Positions 1 through 9,456 are shown, numbered from the stretch's first letter. The stretch is DNA of 64,000 nucleotides from Planctomycetota bacterium (GCA_021818445.1 JAKAEB010000011.1:2269-66268); one strand, 5' to 3'. The notes: a model not told the origin generated them from the letters alone. Numbers and translations: made by a program.

Positions 1-1
1 G

Positions 2-607
2 GGCCGCTGGCTTACCCGCGACCCGATCGGTTACCAAGGCGGAATCAATCTTTACGAATTCGTCCAAAGCAGCCCGGTGGGAAATGTGGATGGGGCGGGG
101 ATGTCGGGCGGCTGGGTTCCCGAAACGGATATCGGCGGTGATACATATTGGGTCGATAATAACACTGGCGCGATTTCATACAGTTACCCAGCCGGCCAGC
201 TGGCACCCGTGGGCAGCAACACGCAAGCCGCCCCGGCGGTGGCCCCCGCGCCGCGAGGGCTAGCGTCCCCGCCGGATTTTCCACCAGCCCCCGCGGGTTC
301 TCCAGTGTGCAACAAATATCCGTGCAGCTACACATACATGGGCGCTAACGCCCAGTGCTTCTGTAAATGCGCCGGGAACAGCCCGTGGTCAAAATATGTA
401 CGCAGTTGCCTGGCCAATCTATACGAGTTCGGCGCGAGCGCCACGCTCGCGCATTTCTCCTGCTATTTTTGGGCAACGGAAAAATTCGGCGTTTTTGGAA
501 TTCCGGCCCTGACCCTTGCACGGTGCTACGAGAAATGTGTGGGTCCCGTTCCGGGCGCACCACCGCCGGGCCGACAATTGTGGCCGTGGCCCCCCACTGC
601 CTTCTAG
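2..607 (+). CDS. RHS repeat-associated core domain protein, 3' end (5' partial, continues upstream of window) carrying a variable Cys-rich C-terminal toxin domain
   Basis: Frame-2 translation from base 2 reads RWLTRDPIGYQGGINLYEFVQSSPVGNVD, the canonical RHS core terminus (DPxGxxGGxNxYxY..NP); the six-frame ORF 77..607 continues the same frame. About 160 aa of Cys/Pro-rich sequence with no recognisable family follows the motif, to the stop at 605-607. Confidence 0.8.
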   Translation, partial: GRWLTRDPIGYQGGINLYEFVQSSPVGNVDGAGMSGGWVPETDIGGDTYWVDNNTGAISYSYPAGQLAPVGSNTQAAPAVAPAPRGLASPPDFPPAPAGSPVCNKYPCSYTYMGANAQCFCKCAGNSPWSKYVRSCLANLYEFGASATLAHFSCYFWATEKFGVFGIPALTLARCYEKCVGPVPGAPPPGRQLWPWPPTAF

Positions 608-831
608 TGAAGTGAACTGGGACGCGGGCCTTTCGTGAGGAAAGGATATTGGCTTTGGGCAAATGACACTTGAAATCGTTGCGTCCCGGCCAGTCCGCTC
701 GCCCAGCGCTGAAAACAAATTCTGCAACGAGGAAAAACAATGTTGTACGTCGGTGATAAAACCACGCCCACTAATCCGAGTGTCCGAATTATGGCGCATC
801 TCTACCGTATGGCCAACGATGGTGAGGGGAG

Positions 832-1140
832 TTGGTGGTGAGGCTGCTGGCATACGTTATAGCCGCTATTAACACGGCGCTCTTTTTCGCGGCCATAGCT
901 GCAAAGTTTGCCCAACCCGGGCAGGGCGACATGTTGAACGGGCAAGCGGGGGATTTTGCCTCCATCGCTATCAGCGCTTGCCTTGGAACATGGTATCTCG
1001 GCAGTATATGCATGCTGCTGCTAATACGGCGCGGCCAGAAATTACCCGATATTATGTACGTCTGGTTGTTCATTACCGGGTTGCCCGTGGTGCTGTTCAG
1101 CTTGGCGATGTTTTTATTCCTGTTGCCCGCTTTTTTATGA
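832..1140 (+). CDS. small integral membrane protein (3 predicted TM helices); candidate immunity protein for the upstream RHS toxin
   Basis: 102-aa ORF immediately downstream of the RHS toxin end, same strand; very hydrophobic (LLAYVIAAINTALFFAAIAAKF, WYLGSICMLLLI, WLFITGLPVVLFSLAMFLFLLPAFL); non-ATG (TTG/GTG) start implied. Confidence 0.4.
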   Translation: MVVRLLAYVIAAINTALFFAAIAAKFAQPGQGDMLNGQAGDFASIAISACLGTWYLGSICMLLLIRRGQKLPDIMYVWLFITGLPVVLFSLAMFLFLLPAFL

Positions 1141-1245
1141 TGCTGCCGTAAAGTCCCGAGAGCACCCCATACCCGGCGATGATGGCAACAGATAAAGGAG
1201 CCCTCGGCGCGGCACGCAGGGAATACCGCGACCATACACCCGCCG

Positions 1246-2277
1246 ATGATGAGAACGAAAATGGCGGATAACAGCATGAGCGATTTGCGTCTACACGCCG
1301 TCACCGGTGCCTTCGGGTATTCCGGACGGTACATCAGTAAACGACTCCTGGCGGCGGGTATTTCCGTGCGGACATTAACCGCCTCACCACACCGCGCTAA
1401 TCCATTTGGCCAATCCGTAGATGTGCGGGAGTTCCATTGGCAGGATCCGAGAAAACTGGCCGAAGCATTGGCAGGCGCGGAAGTACTGTACAACACGTAC
1501 TGGGTACGCTTCAACAGCCGAATGTTCTGCTTTGCCGAGGCGATAGAAAACAGCCGGCGACTTTTTATCGCGGCAAAAAACGCCGGCGTGCGGCGTATTG
1601 TGCATGTGAGTATCACTAATCCTGATTTTAACAGCCATTTAGAGTATTTCCGCGGCAAAGCGCTGGTTGAACGGGCATTGACAGATTCCGGGGTGGATTT
1701 CACAATTTTGCGACCCGCAGTTCTGTTTGGTAAAGAGGATATTTTAATTAACAACATTGCATGGATGCTGCGGCGGTTGCCAGTCTTCGGTGTTTTTGGC
1801 GATGGCCAATATAAAATGCAACCGATCTACGTTGATGACCTGGCCGAATTAGCAGTTCGTTCCGCTGATGATAAAAACAATCGTGTCATCGACGCCATCG
1901 GCCCCGAAACATTTACCTATCGCGGACTCGTTGAGACCATTGGAACAATCGTTGGGTGCCCCAGGCCCATCATTTCTGTCAGCCCGCAAGTTGGATACCT
2001 GTTTGCCGCTGTCGCCGGAAAAATGGTACATGATGTCATTATCACGCGCGACGAAATTTCTGCCCTGATGGAAGGCCGCCTTTTTGTCGATGCCCCACCG
2101 GCCGGGTTAACCAGCCTGACCCAGTGGGCGCAGGACAATTGCGACTGGCTTGGCCAGCGTTACGCCAGTGAAATGGCGCGCCGCAGGGATCGGCAAAGCG
2201 ACTATATCGCCCTGCGCGGCGACGGACAGAATGCCGATCCGGGGCGGGCTGGGCCGGGCCATCCCAGCGCGAGGTAA
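1246..2277 (+). CDS. NAD(P)-binding Rossmann-fold protein, atypical SDR/NmrA-like epimerase-dehydratase family
   Basis: N-terminal HAVTGAFGYSGRYI glycine-rich dinucleotide-binding motif; overall resemblance to the NAD-dependent epimerase/dehydratase / complex-I 39-kDa-like family. Confidence 0.6.
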   Translation: MMRTKMADNSMSDLRLHAVTGAFGYSGRYISKRLLAAGISVRTLTASPHRANPFGQSVDVREFHWQDPRKLAEALAGAEVLYNTYWVRFNSRMFCFAEAIENSRRLFIAAKNAGVRRIVHVSITNPDFNSHLEYFRGKALVERALTDSGVDFTILRPAVLFGKEDILINNIAWMLRRLPVFGVFGDGQYKMQPIYVDDLAELAVRSADDKNNRVIDAIGPETFTYRGLVETIGTIVGCPRPIISVSPQVGYLFAAVAGKMVHDVIITRDEISALMEGRLFVDAPPAGLTSLTQWAQDNCDWLGQRYASEMARRRDRQSDYIALRGDGQNADPGRAGPGHPSAR

Positions 2278-2338
2278 ACCCATGCCCCGCGATCGGGGGG
2301 TTGGCCATTGCACGACCGGTCGCCCGCGGCATTCACGC

Positions 2339-3193
2339 TCACTGATACTCGTGATGCGGATCGGGATAAGCTCGGTCTTTGATGGCGTTGCGGTATTGCG
2401 TGGCCGCCGTTGCGATGTGATTCGGCATCTCACCGATGACGGGTACAAACCGCGGTGGTTTGCCGTTAAAGCCAAGCAGATCGGTAATCACGACGACGTG
2501 TCCATGGCAGGGCTTTCCGGCACCACAGCCTATGACCGGGCAATTGACCTGCGAGACGACGCGTGCGCTGAGTGAAGGTGGGACGGCCTCCAGTAGAAGT
2601 AGCGCGGCCCCGGCCTCGCGGGCATCCCTCGCCAGTTGAACGATGTCTGCCGCTTCCGCCTCCCGGCGACCGTGGACACGATAGCCACCGGGATGCGATA
2701 CCTGTTGAGGCAGCAACCCCAAATGGGCACATATCTGAATACCCGCACCTGCCAAAGCGGAGATTATGGGCAATTGGTGGGGCAGAATTTCACACTTTAC
2801 CGCGCCAGCGCCGGCGTTGATGAATCGACGGGCATTGCCGATGGCGGCAGCCGGGGTGTCATAACTGCCGTAGGGCATGTCCCCCATCACCAAGGCATGG
2901 ACAGAGCCACGCGCGACGGCAGCCGTGACTTCGACCATAAAGTCCATCGAAACGCCGCGTGTGGTGGGCAGCCCCAGCAATGTGGTGGCAACTGAATCGC
3001 CGACCAGGAGAACGTCAATTCCCGCTTTATCGAGCACCTGCGCCGTCAGGTAGTCATAGCAGGTAAGCATGGAGATTGGCTCACCTTTTTGCATCATGGC
3101 ATATAATGTTTCAATATTATTGCGTGAAGAGAGGCAAGCTGCATCATCGATTGATGGCTCGGCTGGAGAAGGTTGATTGGCGCTCGACATCAT
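2339..3193 (-). CDS. panB: 3-methyl-2-oxobutanoate hydroxymethyltransferase (ketopantoate hydroxymethyltransferase)
   Basis: [32 protein letters not shown]...GDMPYGSY motifs typical of PanB. Confidence 0.85.
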   Translation of the reverse strand: MMSSANQPSPAEPSIDDAACLSSRNNIETLYAMMQKGEPISMLTCYDYLTAQVLDKAGIDVLLVGDSVATTLLGLPTTRGVSMDFMVEVTAAVARGSVHALVMGDMPYGSYDTPAAAIGNARRFINAGAGAVKCEILPHQLPIISALAGAGIQICAHLGLLPQQVSHPGGYRVHGRREAEAADIVQLARDAREAGAALLLLEAVPPSLSARVVSQVNCPVIGCGAGKPCHGHVVVITDLLGFNGKPPRFVPVIGEMPNHIATAATQYRNAIKDRAYPDPHHEYQ

Positions 3194-3220
3194 GATAACT
3201 TCGTACGTCCCGGTTGCATT

Positions 3221-4015
3221 TTAATCAGGGGGTGATATCGATTGGAGACCGCCAAATCGGCGCTGCCGATGGCGAAAAGCGTCGATGGCCATATCCAGAT
3301 CAGCCGAGCGGAATTCCGGCCAGCAGACATCGGTCACATACAATTCCGCGTAACTGATCTGCCAAAGCAGATAGTTGCTTACACGCATCTCACCCGCCGT
3401 GCGGATAAGTAAATCCGGGTCGGGCATGCCAGCCGTATAGAGGTGCGACGAGACGGTATCCGGCTCGATGTCCTGCGGCCGCAACCGACCGGCCTGAACT
3501 TCCCGGGCGATGGCACGCACCGCATCGGTTATTTCCATCCGGGCACCGTAATTAACCGCCAGACAAAGCGTCATACCTGTGTTGGCGTCGAGCAATGCGG
3601 TGGTCTGATCAATTTCGCGCAGCACATCGTCGGGCAGACCTTCACGGCGGCCTATCTGGCGGAAGCGAATATTATTTCGGTTCATCAGTTCCCGCTCGCT
3701 CACGAGATATTGGGCATAAAGTTGCATCAGTTCGTTGACTTCTTCAACCGGGCGGCGCCAGTTTTCAATTGAAAAGCTGTAAAGCGTCAACTGGCCAATC
3801 CCACGACGGGCGCAATGCTCGATTATTTCGCGGGCCGTTATCGCACCTGCCCGGTGACCGAAAGTGCGTGGTTTACCCTGCCGTTTGGCCCACCGTCCAT
3901 TGCCATCCATGATGATGGCAATATGCCCGGGAAGACCGCTGCGGGGAGGCTCCGCCGGCGTGCCGGGATGCGTGGCGGGTTGCGGAATCGTTATGGCCGG
4001 GTCCGAGCTCATCAT
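3221..4015 (-). CDS. uppS: isoprenyl transferase / undecaprenyl diphosphate synthase
   Basis: GHIAIIMDGNGRWAKRQGKPRTFGHRAG signature of cis-prenyltransferases. The ORF extends to 4093, but that would overlap purA by 41 nt, so the internal Met (MMSSDP) start is preferred. Confidence 0.8.
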   Translation of the reverse strand: MMSSDPAITIPQPATHPGTPAEPPRSGLPGHIAIIMDGNGRWAKRQGKPRTFGHRAGAITAREIIEHCARRGIGQLTLYSFSIENWRRPVEEVNELMQLYAQYLVSERELMNRNNIRFRQIGRREGLPDDVLREIDQTTALLDANTGMTLCLAVNYGARMEITDAVRAIAREVQAGRLRPQDIEPDTVSSHLYTAGMPDPDLLIRTAGEMRVSNYLLWQISYAELYVTDVCWPEFRSADLDMAIDAFRHRQRRFGGLQSISPPD

Positions 4016-4052
4016 TCCCAGATTATACGGTTTTCCCGCCAGCCCGGCATAA

Positions 4053-5351
4053 TCAGACCAGCACAAGCGTTTCGTCACGTCCCGGGCCGACACTTACCAT
4101 CTGCACCGGCACGCCCACAAATTCTTCTATGTAGCCGATGTAGGCTTTGGCTTCGTCGGGCAGCGCGGCTGCATGACGGGCTGAACCAAGATCATGCCGC
4201 CAACCCGGTAAGGAATGATAGATGGGTTTGGCACGGGAAAGTTCCACGGCGTCGGCAGGAAACTCATCGGAAGCGCCATCGGGTGTGGCATATTTAACAC
4301 AAACTTTTATCTCATCAAATGTGGAAAGAACGTCCAACAGCATGATGCACAAGCCCGTTGCGCCGGTAACGGAGGCGGCGTAGCGCACCGCTACCAAGTC
4401 CAGCCAGCCGCAGCGACGTGGGCGTCCGGTGGTGGTGCCAAATTCCCGCCCACGCTGCCGAATTTTCTCACCAATGGCATTTTCCTGTTCCGTCGGAAAT
4501 GGCCCGCCCCCCACGCGCGAAGAGTAGGCCTTAACCACACCCAACACGCGGCCAATCGCCTGCGGGGGTACGCCCGTACCCACGCATACGCCCGTGCCGC
4601 AATTGCTGCTGGTCACAAACGGAAATGTGCCGTGGTCAAGGTCCAGCAGTGTTGCGTTAGCCCCTTCAAAAAGCACCTTTTTTGCACCGGCCATCGACCG
4701 ATGCAACAGGGCCGTGGTATTGCACACAAATGGCTTCAGCCTCTGGCCGAGCGGAATGTACTCATCAAGGATCGCCTGCCAGGCCATGGGTTCGCTGCCG
4801 AAGAGGGCTCCAAATATGGCATTTTTTTCGGGCACGATGTGGGATAGACGGTTTTGCAGACGGTCGGGTTCGATAAGGTCCGCCATGCGAACGGCAAAAT
4901 GCCGCGATGCCTTATCGGCATAGCACGGCCCGATGCCCCGTGCCGTGGTGCCGATTTTTTTATCACCCAGTTTTTCTTCAGCCAGTTTGTCCTGACGGCT
5001 GTGGTAGGGCATGACGACATGCGCCTGGGAGGAAATTTTTAAATTGTTTTCAATCGCAATACCGCGCTGCTGAAGGGCATCAATTTCACGAATGAGCTGC
5101 ACCGGGTCAATAACTACACCGTTGGCCAGCACCGACACACATTGCGGGCGAAGGATCGCACTGGGGATAAGATGAAACGCATATTTTTGGTCCCCCACGT
5201 GTACGCTATGACCTGCATTGCTGCCGCCATTCCAGCGCACGGCAAGATCAAAATGTTCACTGAGGATGTCAACGATCTTACCTTTACCCTCATCCCCCCA
5301 CTGTAACCCGACGACTGACGTATGCCGATCACAAAGTTTTGTTATATCCAT
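4053..5351 (-). CDS. purA: adenylosuccinate synthetase
   Basis: N-terminal VVGLQWGDEGKGKIVD P-loop and full-length PurA-like sequence (432 aa). Confidence 0.9.
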   Translation of the reverse strand: MDITKLCDRHTSVVGLQWGDEGKGKIVDILSEHFDLAVRWNGGSNAGHSVHVGDQKYAFHLIPSAILRPQCVSVLANGVVIDPVQLIREIDALQQRGIAIENNLKISSQAHVVMPYHSRQDKLAEEKLGDKKIGTTARGIGPCYADKASRHFAVRMADLIEPDRLQNRLSHIVPEKNAIFGALFGSEPMAWQAILDEYIPLGQRLKPFVCNTTALLHRSMAGAKKVLFEGANATLLDLDHGTFPFVTSSNCGTGVCVGTGVPPQAIGRVLGVVKAYSSRVGGGPFPTEQENAIGEKIRQRGREFGTTTGRPRRCGWLDLVAVRYAASVTGATGLCIMLLDVLSTFDEIKVCVKYATPDGASDEFPADAVELSRAKPIYHSLPGWRHDLGSARHAAALPDEAKAYIGYIEEFVGVPVQMVSVGPGRDETLVLV

Positions 5352-5480
5352 GCGTGCTGCAATCCTACCTTACCAGACCCGTTACCCGCGTTTGGGCAAA
5401 CCCCTGAACATAACCTTGGCGTGGCGACAATTCAATGCCAAAGGCGTGGTGGTGTCTCCGCTTCGGTGGGATACAGCGCA

Positions 5481-5960
5481 TTAAACCCTGTGTGCTGACA
5501 AATCTTCGATCTTCGTCCGAGCTTCAACTTCCATCGGACAGTCGTCTTTACCATACTCAAGACACTGAGCGAAATATTCCTGCAGAAATGCCCGCACGCC
5601 CCCGCATCGCTCAATCTGGACGGCATGAACCAAACCATGCAGGACGAGTTGAGACAGGTCGGGTGCGGTTGCTTTTATCACAATGAGTCGGCCAAAGGTC
5701 AGGGACATGGTTCCGGGCGTGAGAATACGCAATTGCCCGGCAAGATGCTTGAGTTCCGCCGAAGGCTCTGGAAACGATTCAACCACCGCAACGCGAACCA
5801 TATTGGGATGTTCCAGCCCCAGGGCGACAGCATCCGCCGTCTCGTGAGCCGTCAGCGGGCGACTTACATCCCGCAGATCCTTTTCGACCGAAGTAACCCA
5901 TTCCAAAACCAAGGGCACGATGGTCGGCAACATTCGGTGCAACACCGTTGGGTGTATCAT
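5481..5960 (-). CDS. hypothetical protein (159 aa)
   Basis: Uninterrupted ORF with GC3-rich codon usage, divergent from the cbiX-like gene; no recognisable motif. Confidence 0.35.
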   Translation of the reverse strand: MIHPTVLHRMLPTIVPLVLEWVTSVEKDLRDVSRPLTAHETADAVALGLEHPNMVRVAVVESFPEPSAELKHLAGQLRILTPGTMSLTFGRLIVIKATAPDLSQLVLHGLVHAVQIERCGGVRAFLQEYFAQCLEYGKDDCPMEVEARTKIEDLSAHRV

Positions 5961-6184
5961 TGTGACTCTCCCGATTGTAAGAAACCAGATTTGGGTACAA
6001 GAACGGTATCGGCTGATGACAACGCAATTGATAACGCTTTACCCTCCAATCGGCCGCCGGTTGGTTTATGGGACAAACGGTAGCGCGCCCGGTGAATGGT
6101 GCCAGTCAGCGATGGTTAGAAACTTGAATTCCAGTGCGCCTATAATCGTCCGCTGCACGATGAGACTCTTATGGAGCATGCGAT

Positions 6185-6670
6185 ATGGCAACAGCAGATA
6201 ATAGCGGGCAAAGTGTTGCACAGACCGGGATTATCCTTGTGGATCACGGCAGCCGGTTTGCCGCCGCCAACGACATGCTCAACGAGGTGGCTGAAAGATT
6301 TCGGCGCACATCGGGCTACAAAATTGTCGAGCCAGCACACATGGAATTGGCCGATCCAAGCATCCCGCAGGCGTTTGAAGCCTGTGTGAGGCAGGGTGCC
6401 ACGCGAGTCATTGTGCATCCTTATTTTCTCTCGCCGGGGAGGCACAGCACGACAGACATTCCGCGCATGGTGGCGGAGGCGGCGGCAGCATATCCATCAG
6501 TTGTTTGCAACGTCACGCAACCGCTTGGTTTAGACGATGAAATATCACGGATTATTCTCAATCGCATCCACGGCTGTGAACGCAATGGGTACACATGTGA
6601 AATTTGCGCGTCCCGGGGTGGCTGCATGGTGAAGCATCAGGCGGCTGCCAGCGCATCAACCGGCGGATGA
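6185..6670 (+). CDS. cbiX: CbiX/SirB-family sirohydrochlorin chelatase (cobalto- or ferrochelatase)
   Basis: ILVDHGSR...VHPYFLSPGRH pattern of small CbiX chelatases; C-terminal Cys/His-rich tail. Confidence 0.7.
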   Translation: MATADNSGQSVAQTGIILVDHGSRFAAANDMLNEVAERFRRTSGYKIVEPAHMELADPSIPQAFEACVRQGATRVIVHPYFLSPGRHSTTDIPRMVAEAAAAYPSVVCNVTQPLGLDDEISRIILNRIHGCERNGYTCEICASRGGCMVKHQAAASASTGG

Positions 6671-6828
6671 GAATCGTCATGTAGCCGGGCCATTTGCCGG
6701 GCGGAAGTGAAATCACGAAAAAATCGCCACACCCAGCGGTTGGCATGCCTGCGATGTTTGACGCACAGAAACTTCAAATCTACGCTAATATAAGCGTTTG
6801 ATGAGTTTTGTTTGAGCGATGAACAGCG

Positions 6829-7326
6829 GTGCGATGCCCATTTTGTCATAGCGATAACGATGACCGAGTGATTGATTCCCGCCCGGCTGAGGGGGGCGCG
6901 GCTATTCGACGGCGGCGGGCATGCCAGCAGTGCGGACGGCGATACACGACCTATGAGCGGGTGGAAGAGGCCGTTCGTATTACGGTTGTAAAAAAAGATG
7001 GAACGCGCGTTCCGTACGATCGCAACAAGGTTCTCGATGGCATTCAGCGGGCATGCTACAAGCGGCCGGTACCCGCACCGGCGATTTCCAGTATGGTTGA
7101 CGCGGTGGAAGAACAGATACTGCGTAATTTTGACCGGGAGGTTCCCAGTTCCGCCATTGGAGAGTTGGTTATGAAGGCCCTGCGATCGGCGGATGCCATT
7201 GCGTTTGTGCGGTTTGCATCCGTTTACCGTGAATTCAGAGATTTAGGCGAATTGGCGCAGGAAGTGCAAAGTGTGATGGAAGATGATAAAAAGGACCCGG
7301 CGCAGCCGGAATTGTTCCAGCCCTAG
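6829..7326 (+). CDS. nrdR: transcriptional repressor NrdR
   Basis: MRCPFCHSDNDDRVIDSRP...CQQCGRRYTTYERVE zinc ribbon followed by an ATP-cone; typical NrdR length. Confidence 0.85.
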   Translation: MRCPFCHSDNDDRVIDSRPAEGGAAIRRRRACQQCGRRYTTYERVEEAVRITVVKKDGTRVPYDRNKVLDGIQRACYKRPVPAPAISSMVDAVEEQILRNFDREVPSSAIGELVMKALRSADAIAFVRFASVYREFRDLGELAQEVQSVMEDDKKDPAQPELFQP

Positions 7327-7440
7327 GAGCTTGTCCGAGTATTAACAGGAACTGCGACGGCATGGATTTTGGCGGGCATCAGGAAGCGGTGGCCAGGGCG
7401 TATCGGGTGATGCGCCGAGGACCCGCGCCGCAGAGGCGGG
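7327..7440. repeat. conserved intergenic element, copy A (about 110 nt; second copy at 16338..16450); candidate sRNA or cis-regulatory RNA
   Basis: About 90% nucleotide identity over about 95 nt with 16338..16432 (core CTGCGACGGCATGGATTTTGGCGGGCATCA[G/A]GAAGCGGTG); both copies are intergenic and same orientation on the + strand. Confidence 0.6.
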
Positions 7441-7560
7441 GCGAAAGCCATGCCGCCCGGAGCGTGTGCCGGAAACGCCGCAATTTTGTGATGAACGCAC
7501 AATGAGGTTATGCTCGGCATGCGTGAGATTTTTAGTTTGCCAGACGGGGTATGCAAGCGG

Positions 7561-9456
7561 ATGAGGCGACCAGAACTTAAGCACGGCAAAAAATGGTGGT
7601 TGGCGGCAGCGGGCCTGTTATCTTTGAACGTCCTGGGGGGTTGTTCCACTGGACCAAGCTCATCGACTCCTCCCATTGCGGCGCAAGACCGGGTACCACT
7701 GCCGTCGGTTTACCCGGCATTGCGGGGAACGGTTGGCCAGTACGTGGGGTTGGGATACTCAGGGCCGATTGTTGTGCGTGGATGGGGTTTGGTGGCGGGC
7801 CTGCCAAATACTGGTAGCGGACAGATGCCACCACCGATCCGCAAGTTGATGCTTAATCGCCTGTTGAAAGCGGGCGTTGGTTTTTATACCCGTGGAACGG
7901 GCAATATTGATCCGAATCAGATATTAAACAGCCGCCAGGTGTCGGCTGTGGCGGTGGAGGGGGCGATTCCACCATTGGCCGTGCAGGGCACAACCTTTGA
8001 TGTCTATCTCAAGGCGCTACCCAACACCAGTACAACGAGTTTGGAAAATGGATTACTTTGGCCGGTCGGTTTGCGTGTGCACATCCGTCTGGTGGATCAG
8101 AGTGATGTGCTGGCGCGGGCGCGGGGTCCGGTTTTTTGTGATCCGTTCACTTCCGACGGCAAACTTAAGCCGGCCAACGCCATCGTGCGTGAGGGGCGTG
8201 TTATCGGCGGTGCGATGGTGGAGCACAGCGTGCCGGCGGTGTTGGAACTTTACAGTCCGTCGTACCGCATCACCGATCTGATTCAGCGTGTAATCAATCA
8301 GCATTACGGCAACTATCCGCCGGTGGCCACCGCGGAAAATGACCGGGTGGTCAAGGTGCGGATTATCCATCGCTATCGGCATTATCCGATGCGGTTTGTC
8401 CGGCGGGTGCTGGATTTGTATCTGGCCGGAAATGTGCCGGGATTCAACGCCCACCAGACGAAGGTGATCATCAAAGCGTTGCATGATCCGACCGCGCCGC
8501 ATGCCGATCTGGGTGTGGCGCTGGAGCAATTGGGGCAGCCCATTCTTCCCATATTGCAAAAACACTATAATTCCGCCAACCCCGCGGTTGGTTATTACTG
8601 CCTGCAGGCCGGGGCCCGCCTCGGCGACAGTGACGCCATTACGGACATAAGTAAAATTGCATTGGATACAGCGAGTCCGTTTCAACGCAAGGCGATTTAT
8701 ACGTTAAGCCACTGCCACGATCGCTTTCTGGCGGGGGTGACTTTTCGCAAGTTGCTGCGGTCGGCGTCGCGCCGGGTACAAATCATGGGGTATCAGGCGC
8801 TGCTGGCGATTCACTCATCGATTGTTTACTCGCAGGAAATAAGTCAGAAATTTATCATGGATATTGTCCCCGGACACCAGACATGCACGATCTATGTCAC
8901 CACCCATCACGTGCCGCGTATCGCGTTTCTGGGGCGTATCCCAACGCTGAAACCGGGAGCGCTTTATGTCAGCCCGCACGACGCATTAACGGTGAATTAT
9001 TTACCGTCACATACAACCACCAAGGGAGGTAAAAAGGCCGGCTCCAGTGCGGAGCCCGTTCTGCTGTATTACCGTAATCCGCTTTCCGGCCAAACCGTGA
9101 CACTCAGATGCGGGACAGCCTTGCCATCGATTTTAGCCACGCTGGCCGGAGCGCCCAATCCCTTTGGCAGGCATTTCAATCCGCATCAGGCTTTTATCGG
9201 TGCGTCGTATCAGCGGGTGGTGGAGATGCTCTACACGCTGTGCCATACCGGACAAATTAATGCCCGCTTTCAGATGGAAACCATTACGGGCAAAAATCGA
9301 TCTCTGATGGCATCATTAAATAAACCGCGGCCAAGCGGCAGCACGATGACAAAATCTGTCGTTGCTGGCTCGGCTACCCAGCCGGTCTCAACACCGTTCA
9401 GTACCAATCTGCCGGGTGAGCTTCCCGCGGGGACGCAGAGTTCGCCGCAGCATTGA
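7561..9456 (+). CDS. FlgI (flagellar P-ring)-like domain lipoprotein with C-terminal HEAT-like repeat extension
   Basis: Lipoprotein signal (WWLAAAGLLSLNVLGGCS). The N-terminal half aligns with FlgI (GWGLVAGLPNTGSG vs GYGLVVGLDGTGD; AIPPLAVQGTTFDVYL vs SLPPFGRQGQTIDVVV). The C-terminal about 300 aa has repeated alpha-helical HEAT/PBS-lyase-like units. The ORF begins at 7510; the start was moved to the Met preceding the signal peptide. Confidence 0.55.
   Translation: MRRPELKHGKKWWLAAAGLLSLNVLGGCSTGPSSSTPPIAAQDRVPLPSVYPALRGTVGQYVGLGYSGPIVVRGWGLVAGLPNTGSGQMPPPIRKLMLNRLLKAGVGFYTRGTGNIDPNQILNSRQVSAVAVEGAIPPLAVQGTTFDVYLKALPNTSTTSLENGLLWPVGLRVHIRLVDQSDVLARARGPVFCDPFTSDGKLKPANAIVREGRVIGGAMVEHSVPAVLELYSPSYRITDLIQRVINQHYGNYPPVATAENDRVVKVRIIHRYRHYPMRFVRRVLDLYLAGNVPGFNAHQTKVIIKALHDPTAPHADLGVALEQLGQPILPILQKHYNSANPAVGYYCLQAGARLGDSDAITDISKIALDTASPFQRKAIYTLSHCHDRFLAGVTFRKLLRSASRRVQIMGYQALLAIHSSIVYSQEISQKFIMDIVPGHQTCTIYVTTHHVPRIAFLGRIPTLKPGALYVSPHDALTVNYLPSHTTTKGGKKAGSSAEPVLLYYRNPLSGQTVTLRCGTALPSILATLAGAPNPFGRHFNPHQAFIGASYQRVVEMLYTLCHTGQINARFQMETITGKNRSLMASLNKPRPSGSTMTKSVVAGSATQPVSTPFSTNLPGELPAGTQSSPQH

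Noticed and set aside
345-853. Long antisense ORFs (345..740, 419..853) overlapping the RHS toxin end and downstream region
   Set aside because: Arg/Gly-rich, GC-driven reading frames opposite a well-supported RHS frame; no motifs; typical spurious ORFs in high-GC DNA.
7365-7425. Possible hairpin (GGCGGGCATCA...TGATGCGCC) inside repeat copy A
   Set aside because: The pairing is destroyed in copy B (TGATGC becomes CGATAA) without compensatory change, so there is no covariation support for this particular stem.
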